A stretch of 64,000 bases of DNA, from contig JAJYPJ010000002.1 of assembly GCA_021795435.1 (NCBI GenBank), positions 33,595 to 97,594 of the forward strand, read 5' to 3'. The position numbers and the translations under genes were made by a program. Positions 59,219 to 64,000 of the stretch are shown here, in pieces. The notes beneath the pieces were generated by a model. That model was not told the origin of the DNA. It saw only the letters and a program-made list of their open reading frames with translations, and did no database searches. Within the stretch, counting starts at the first letter, position 1, and every line of letters begins with the position of its first letter. The DNA comes from Pseudomonadota bacterium. GTDB lineage: Bacteria > Pseudomonadota > Gammaproteobacteria > Xanthomonadales > Rhodanobacteraceae.

Positions 59219-60016
59219 TCACAATTGAAAGGCCGACAGGTTTCGGTAAAGCATGTAGACGGCCGTCAATGCCACGATCGCGGCGAAAACCCAGTTGAGC
59301 GCCTTCTTGTTTCGGCTGATCCGCGTCGCCAGGCGCGCACCCAGCCAGCCACCGACGATCCCACCCACGATGTACAAAAGGGCGACTCGCCAATCCAGCA
59401 GCCCCGACCACGCGTAGCTGAGCGCGGTGGTCAAGCCGAATGTGCCCACCGAGAAAAGCGACGTGCCGATCGCCGAGAGGATAGGCATGCCCGTCGCGAG
59501 CATCAAACCCGGCACGATCAGGAATCCGCCGCCGATGCCAAAGAAACCGGAAAGCAACCCCGCGGCACCACCAACGCCTACGAGCCAGAGTGCTTCGCGC
59601 ACAGACGATGCATGGCGGCTGCCGCCTTCGTATTCGGCTCGCGGTCGCGTCATGAGATAGGCGACGACCAACATGAGAATTGCAAAGAGGAAGAGCAGCT
59701 TGTGCCCGTCCATTGCCTTGCCAAGCTGCGATCCTGCCAAGGCTGCGATGGCGCCGGCGATGGCAAACAGGACGCCCGGGCGCCATCGCACATTGCCCGC
59801 TCGCGCGTGTGGAACCAGGTTGAGATAGGCGCTCATGGAGACGGCCAGGGCGGTGGTGCCAATGACCACATGCGGATTGGCATAGCCCACGACGTACAGC
59901 AATAGCGGAACCGCCAGGATGGAGCCTCCGCCACCAATCAGGCCCAGCGAGAAGCCGACGACCATGCCCGAGCCTACGGCCAGCACCTGCTGGAGCAATG
60001 TCAAGTGAACCATCAT
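59219..60016 (-). CDS. sulfite exporter TauE/SafE family protein
   Basis: GLIGGGGSILAVPLL, GFFGIGGGFLIVPGL, AIGTSL repeats. Confidence 0.88.
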   Translation of the reverse strand: MMVHLTLLQQVLAVGSGMVVGFSLGLIGGGGSILAVPLLLYVVGYANPHVVIGTTALAVSMSAYLNLVPHARAGNVRWRPGVLFAIAGAIAALAGSQLGKAMDGHKLLFLFAILMLVVAYLMTRPRAEYEGGSRHASSVREALWLVGVGGAAGLLSGFFGIGGGFLIVPGLMLATGMPILSAIGTSLFSVGTFGLTTALSYAWSGLLDWRVALLYIVGGIVGGWLGARLATRISRNKKALNWVFAAIVALTAVYMLYRNLSAFQL

Positions 60017-60109
60017 CGAGACTTCGGTCAGCGCGGTTCCGTCGATTATGCGCAATGCCGCGAGTCGTTGCGAACGCAATGATGCGCATGCCGCCTGCGC
60101 AATGCCGCG

Positions 60110-61267
60110 CTAAAGGACCCGGGCAAACACCGCCTTCAGATATCGGCTCTCGGGTGCATCAATACGCCAGGGGTGGTCGGGGCCCGCTCCACCCACATGG
60201 GTTACCTGCAGGATTCGCCCCGCAAGAGCTGCGGCCCGACGCAGCGCCTCGAGAAATGCCGGCTCGTCAACGAGGCCGGTGCACGAACAACTCAATAGCA
60301 AGCCTCCACGAGTCAGCGCGCGCATCGCCAGCGCGTTCATCGCGACGTAGGTTCGCAGTGCTTGTGGAATCTTGGCGGGATCACGCGTCAATTTGGCCGG
60401 ATCAAGGACCAGCGTGTCCCACTGGCGTCCTTGTGCAAGCGCCTGCTCGAGATAGGCGAAGAGATCCGCCGCAACGAAGGTCGCGTCCAGTGCGTTCGCG
60501 GCGGCATTCGCCCGAGCCAGATCGAGGACACCGGCATCATTGTCGATGCCTGTGACTTCGCATCCGGCGCGCGCGGCCGCCAGTGCGAAGCCCCCTGTGT
60601 TGCAGCAGACATCCAGCATGCGACCGCGTGCCCACATGCCGAGCAACGCACGATTGTTTCGCTGATCAACGAAAAACCCGGTCTTGTGCCGGGTCCCCGG
60701 CTGCACGTTGTAGGTGATTCCCTGTTCGATGACGCGACGTGGCGCCGGCACCGCTGATGGAACGCAGTCGAAGCTTTCCTGCTTTTGCACGTGCGTCTCG
60801 GCAAAGCCGTAGACGGATGCTTGCGGATACCGGTGCAGCAACGCGGCTTCAATGGCCGAACGCTGCTTCCACATGCCGGCGGCAAAGTACTCGATCACCA
60901 GAAGATCGGCATATCGATCGACGACGAGGCCCGGGAGGCCGTCCCCTTCAGCGTGTACGAGGCGTACGGCGGCGTCGTTGGCGTCGAGCCCGAGGCGGGC
61001 ACGATGTTCGCAGGCCGTCTCAATCTGCCTGCTTAGCCACGCTGCATCAATTTCCTCACCCACATCTCGGGTCAGCACTCGGAAGCCGATCCGAGCGTGC
61101 CCGTTCCAAAATCCTCGCGCGAGGAATTGACCTTGGGCGTCGACCAAATCGGCTACGGTTCCCGGTGGGAGTGGCCGATCGCTACGCAACGAGCGCCGGA
61201 AGATCGCAGGGTGCTGCGGCAGTCGAGGCGGAACCAAGTGGACACGCGGGTAGCCGGGGGTGCTCAT
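60110..61267 (-). CDS. rlmI: class I SAM-dependent rRNA methyltransferase, RlmI family
   Basis: PUA-like HPAIF N-domain, EGDGLPGLVVDRY, HKTGFFVDQR, LDVCCNTGGF, LDP, SCSC, PDHP...YLK. Confidence 0.85.
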   Translation of the reverse strand: MSTPGYPRVHLVPPRLPQHPAIFRRSLRSDRPLPPGTVADLVDAQGQFLARGFWNGHARIGFRVLTRDVGEEIDAAWLSRQIETACEHRARLGLDANDAAVRLVHAEGDGLPGLVVDRYADLLVIEYFAAGMWKQRSAIEAALLHRYPQASVYGFAETHVQKQESFDCVPSAVPAPRRVIEQGITYNVQPGTRHKTGFFVDQRNNRALLGMWARGRMLDVCCNTGGFALAAARAGCEVTGIDNDAGVLDLARANAAANALDATFVAADLFAYLEQALAQGRQWDTLVLDPAKLTRDPAKIPQALRTYVAMNALAMRALTRGGLLLSCSCTGLVDEPAFLEALRRAAALAGRILQVTHVGGAGPDHPWRIDAPESRYLKAVFARVL

Positions 61268-61701
61268 CGCCGGGTGATTTGGAGAAGCAGGAAGAAAACG
61301 ATCGCAAGGATGTCCAGTCCTACAAACCAATGCGATGGACCACCAACGTAAAGCTGCCAGGTCGTGTCCGGGACGCGATAGCCGAAGCTCCAATGGCCAT
61401 CCGGCGCAAAGCCCACGGCGGCTACGGCGCCAGCATGCCAGCCATAGCTCAGCCATGGCGTACCGAGGATGGGTATCTGCATCAATTGCAGCCACCGGGA
61501 CCAGCGGACACCGCGCTCATCCCCAAGGATCAGCCAGATACCCGCCTGCAACGTCATGAAAAAGAGCGCGGATCCGGCCAATAGCAGCACCAGCCAGACG
61601 GGCTGGCGCACCTGCACGGCCCTGCCAAGCAATTCAAACAATCCCCAAAAACCGCCCGCCACCTGAACAACGCCGATGAGTTTTCGGATTATGGTAGTCA
61701 T
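61264..61701 (-). CDS. hypothetical membrane protein
   Basis: hydrophobic 145 aa ORF, stop overlaps rlmI start (ATGA). Confidence 0.7.
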   Translation of the reverse strand: MTTIIRKLIGVVQVAGGFWGLFELLGRAVQVRQPVWLVLLLAGSALFFMTLQAGIWLILGDERGVRWSRWLQLMQIPILGTPWLSYGWHAGAVAAVGFAPDGHWSFGYRVPDTTWQLYVGGPSHWFVGLDILAIVFFLLLQITRR

Positions 61702-61991
61702 GAGTGATCTGCAGGAAAGCGGTAATCATAGCCGCAGCGCAGCGTGCCTCGGTCGTGCATTGCTGCATTAAATTGATGCCCGTGGCGACCGGTTCCCAGC
61801 ATCATGCTTGTCGTGCCTGCGGATGGGGACTACGCGCGCTGGCCATGAAGGCCGGGCAAATGCCGTTTCTTGCCCGCCCTCCCTGGTCCGGAGCAATGGA
61901 CACGGTCTTTTCCTGGGTGGCGTTGCACAGCGTCAAGAGGTTGCTGCAACGGCATTTCCAATCTTTGTCGAAGCGCACTGATGGAGTTGAC

Positions 61992-63944
61992 ATGGACCAC
62001 TTGCACCTCCCACCGAGAGAGATCGACCCGGCTTTTGCTGTTCGCGCCCGAATCAAGGCTGACGAGTATTCCCGACTCTATGCGCAGTCCCTTGCCGATC
62101 CCGTGGATTTCTGGCGCACCGTCGCGAGGCGGCTGGAATGGATCCGGTTTCCAACCCGCATCAAAGACACGAGTTTTGCGCGCGGGGATTTCCGCATTCG
62201 CTGGTACGAGGACGGTGCACTCAATGTGGCCGCGAACTGTCTGGACAGGCACCTCGCTTCGCGCGGGGACAAGACGGCAATCATTTTCGAAGGCGATGAC
62301 CCAGAGGAGTCCCGTCACATCAGCTACCGGGAGCTGCACGCGCAGGTGTGTCAAGCCGCTCACGCGCTGACAAACCTTGGCGTTGGAAAAGGGGATCGCG
62401 TGGCGATTTACCTGCCGATGATCCCCGAAGCCGCCGTGGCCATGCTGGCCTGCGCGCGAATCGGTGCCATTCATTCGGTCGTCTTCGGTGGATTCTCCCC
62501 TGACTCGTTGGCCAACCGCATTGCCGATGCGCAGTGCAAGATGGTGATCACCGCCGATGAAGGTATTCGCGGCGGTCGACGAATTCATCTCAAGGCTAAC
62601 GTGGACGCAGCGTTGCAACGTCCGGGGACCAGCTGCGTTGAAACGGTTTTGGTCGTTCGACGTACCGGCTCTGCCATTGCCATGCGCTCGCCGCGTGATC
62701 GCTTCTGGGACGTTGTCTGCGCTGGTCAACCTGCCGAGTTTTCACCCGTGGCAATGTCGGCTGAAGACCCGTTGTTCATCCTTTATACGTCGGGATCCAC
62801 GGGGAAGCCGAAGGGGGTCCTGCACACGAGTGGCGGGTATCTGGTGTTCGCCAGCTACACGCACGAGTGCGTGTTTGACCTCCGCGAGGATGACATCTAC
62901 TGGTGCACGGCCGACGTAGGCTGGGTTACGGGCCACAGCTATATCGTCTATGGGCCGCTTGCAAACGGTGCGACAACGCTGATGTTCGAGGGTGTTCCAA
63001 CGTGGCCCGATGCCCGACGGTTCTGGCAGGTCATCGACAAGCATCGGGTGACGCTTTTCTACACCGCACCCACGGCCATTCGGGCATTAATGCGGGAGGG
63101 CGATGCACCCGTGCTTGCAACTTCCCGGGCGTCCCTGCGCCTGCTCGGCAGCGTCGGCGAACCGATCAATCCGGAAGCCTGGGTTTGGTACCACGATGTC
63201 GTCGGCGGTGGGCGCTGCCCAATCGTGGATACGTGGTGGCAGACCGAGACAGGCGGGATCCTCATTTCTCCGCTGCCCGGTGCGATGCGACTGAAGCCCG
63301 GTTCCGCCAGCAAGCCTTTTTTTGGTGTTAGGGCCGCGATTGTCGATTCGTCCGGCCAACTGCTCGAAGGCGCCTGCGAGGGCAACTTGGTTCTCCTCGA
63401 TTCCTGGCCCGGGCAGATGCGAACGGTGTGGGGCGATCACGACCGCTTCGTCGAGACATACTTCTCGACGTATCCGGGAATGTACTTCACAGGCGATGGC
63501 GCGCGCAGAGACGCCGATGGTGATTACTGGATCACTGGCCGAGTCGATGACGTCTTGAATGTGTCCGGACATCGCCTCGGAACGGCCGAGATCGAGAGTG
63601 CGCTCGTTGCACATCCCAAAGTGGCGGAGGCAGCGGTGGTTGGCTGCGCGCACGACATCAAGGGTCAGGGAATCTACGCGTACGTGACTCTTGTCGCAGA
63701 CGCGAAGCCGAGTCCGGCATTATCGAAGGAGCTCGTCGATTGGGTGCGCAACGAGATCGGTCCCATTGCAACGCCAGACTATATCCAGTGGGCAGCGGCG
63801 CTTCCGAAGACACGGTCAGGCAAGATCATGCGCCGCATCCTGCGGAAGATTGCGGAGAACGCGCCTGAGCAGATGGGTGATACATCCACACTTGCCGATC
63901 CCGATGTCGTGGCGGGCCTGGTCGAGTCTCGGCTGATCCGCTGA
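61992..63944 (+). CDS. acs: acetate--CoA ligase
   Basis: [59 protein letters not shown]; RBS GGAG before ATG 61992. Confidence 0.97.
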   Translation: MDHLHLPPREIDPAFAVRARIKADEYSRLYAQSLADPVDFWRTVARRLEWIRFPTRIKDTSFARGDFRIRWYEDGALNVAANCLDRHLASRGDKTAIIFEGDDPEESRHISYRELHAQVCQAAHALTNLGVGKGDRVAIYLPMIPEAAVAMLACARIGAIHSVVFGGFSPDSLANRIADAQCKMVITADEGIRGGRRIHLKANVDAALQRPGTSCVETVLVVRRTGSAIAMRSPRDRFWDVVCAGQPAEFSPVAMSAEDPLFILYTSGSTGKPKGVLHTSGGYLVFASYTHECVFDLREDDIYWCTADVGWVTGHSYIVYGPLANGATTLMFEGVPTWPDARRFWQVIDKHRVTLFYTAPTAIRALMREGDAPVLATSRASLRLLGSVGEPINPEAWVWYHDVVGGGRCPIVDTWWQTETGGILISPLPGAMRLKPGSASKPFFGVRAAIVDSSGQLLEGACEGNLVLLDSWPGQMRTVWGDHDRFVETYFSTYPGMYFTGDGARRDADGDYWITGRVDDVLNVSGHRLGTAEIESALVAHPKVAEAAVVGCAHDIKGQGIYAYVTLVADAKPSPALSKELVDWVRNEIGPIATPDYIQWAAALPKTRSGKIMRRILRKIAENAPEQMGDTSTLADPDVVAGLVESRLIR

Positions 63945-64000
63945 GTGTCGTCGCGGTGGAGGGTCCCGTTCGTCTCTGGATGGCGCAGTGGTCGAGTCGC

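Noticed and set aside
58338-60089. 583 aa extended DMT ORF suggesting a fusion
   Set aside because: The N-terminal 299 codons overlap the TauE gene out of frame and are not protein-like; the true start is ATG 59192.

Overview
GC-rich chromosomal segment. Gene content and order (LysM/def-fmt-rsmB, coaBC-dut-PMM, argS-SPOR, speE/speA, ubiJ-ubiB, xanB2 cluster) point to a Xanthomonadales/Lysobacterales gammaproteobacterium, possibly Rhodanobacteraceae (inference). Most of the window is housekeeping: purD, def, fmt, rsmB, PMM/PGM, dut, coaBC, argS, speE, speA, Sua5, trmL, ubiJB, arfB, mnmG, pepN, rlmI, acs. No rRNA, tRNA, CRISPR array, transposase or integrase was recognised. Four stretches stand out. 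(1) An approximately 3.6 kb accessory insert between the LysM gene and def. It opens with three ~19 bp repeats behind a TGT that resemble a Tn7-like end or a recombinase/operator site. It carries a GH5-fold lipoprotein that appears to lack its catalytic nucleophile, a perfect 13 bp hairpin with a TTGATA loop, and an orphan ORF. (2) A xanthomonadin/aryl-polyene-type cluster (xanB2, ACP, two dehydratases, acyltransferase, LolA-like, MMPL, FabG) with no ketosynthase, CoA ligase or halogenase in this window, followed directly by a TonB-dependent receptor. (3) A 660 bp gap upstream of mnmG containing a predicted three-way-junction RNA plus intrinsic terminator, a second long hairpin and a direct-repeat regulator site: one or two candidate unannotated ncRNAs. 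(4) An AT-rich stretch with a perfect DnaA box and an IHF-like site upstream of argS, next to a possible decayed radC. All product calls come from motif recognition by eye; no database searches or folding programs were run.
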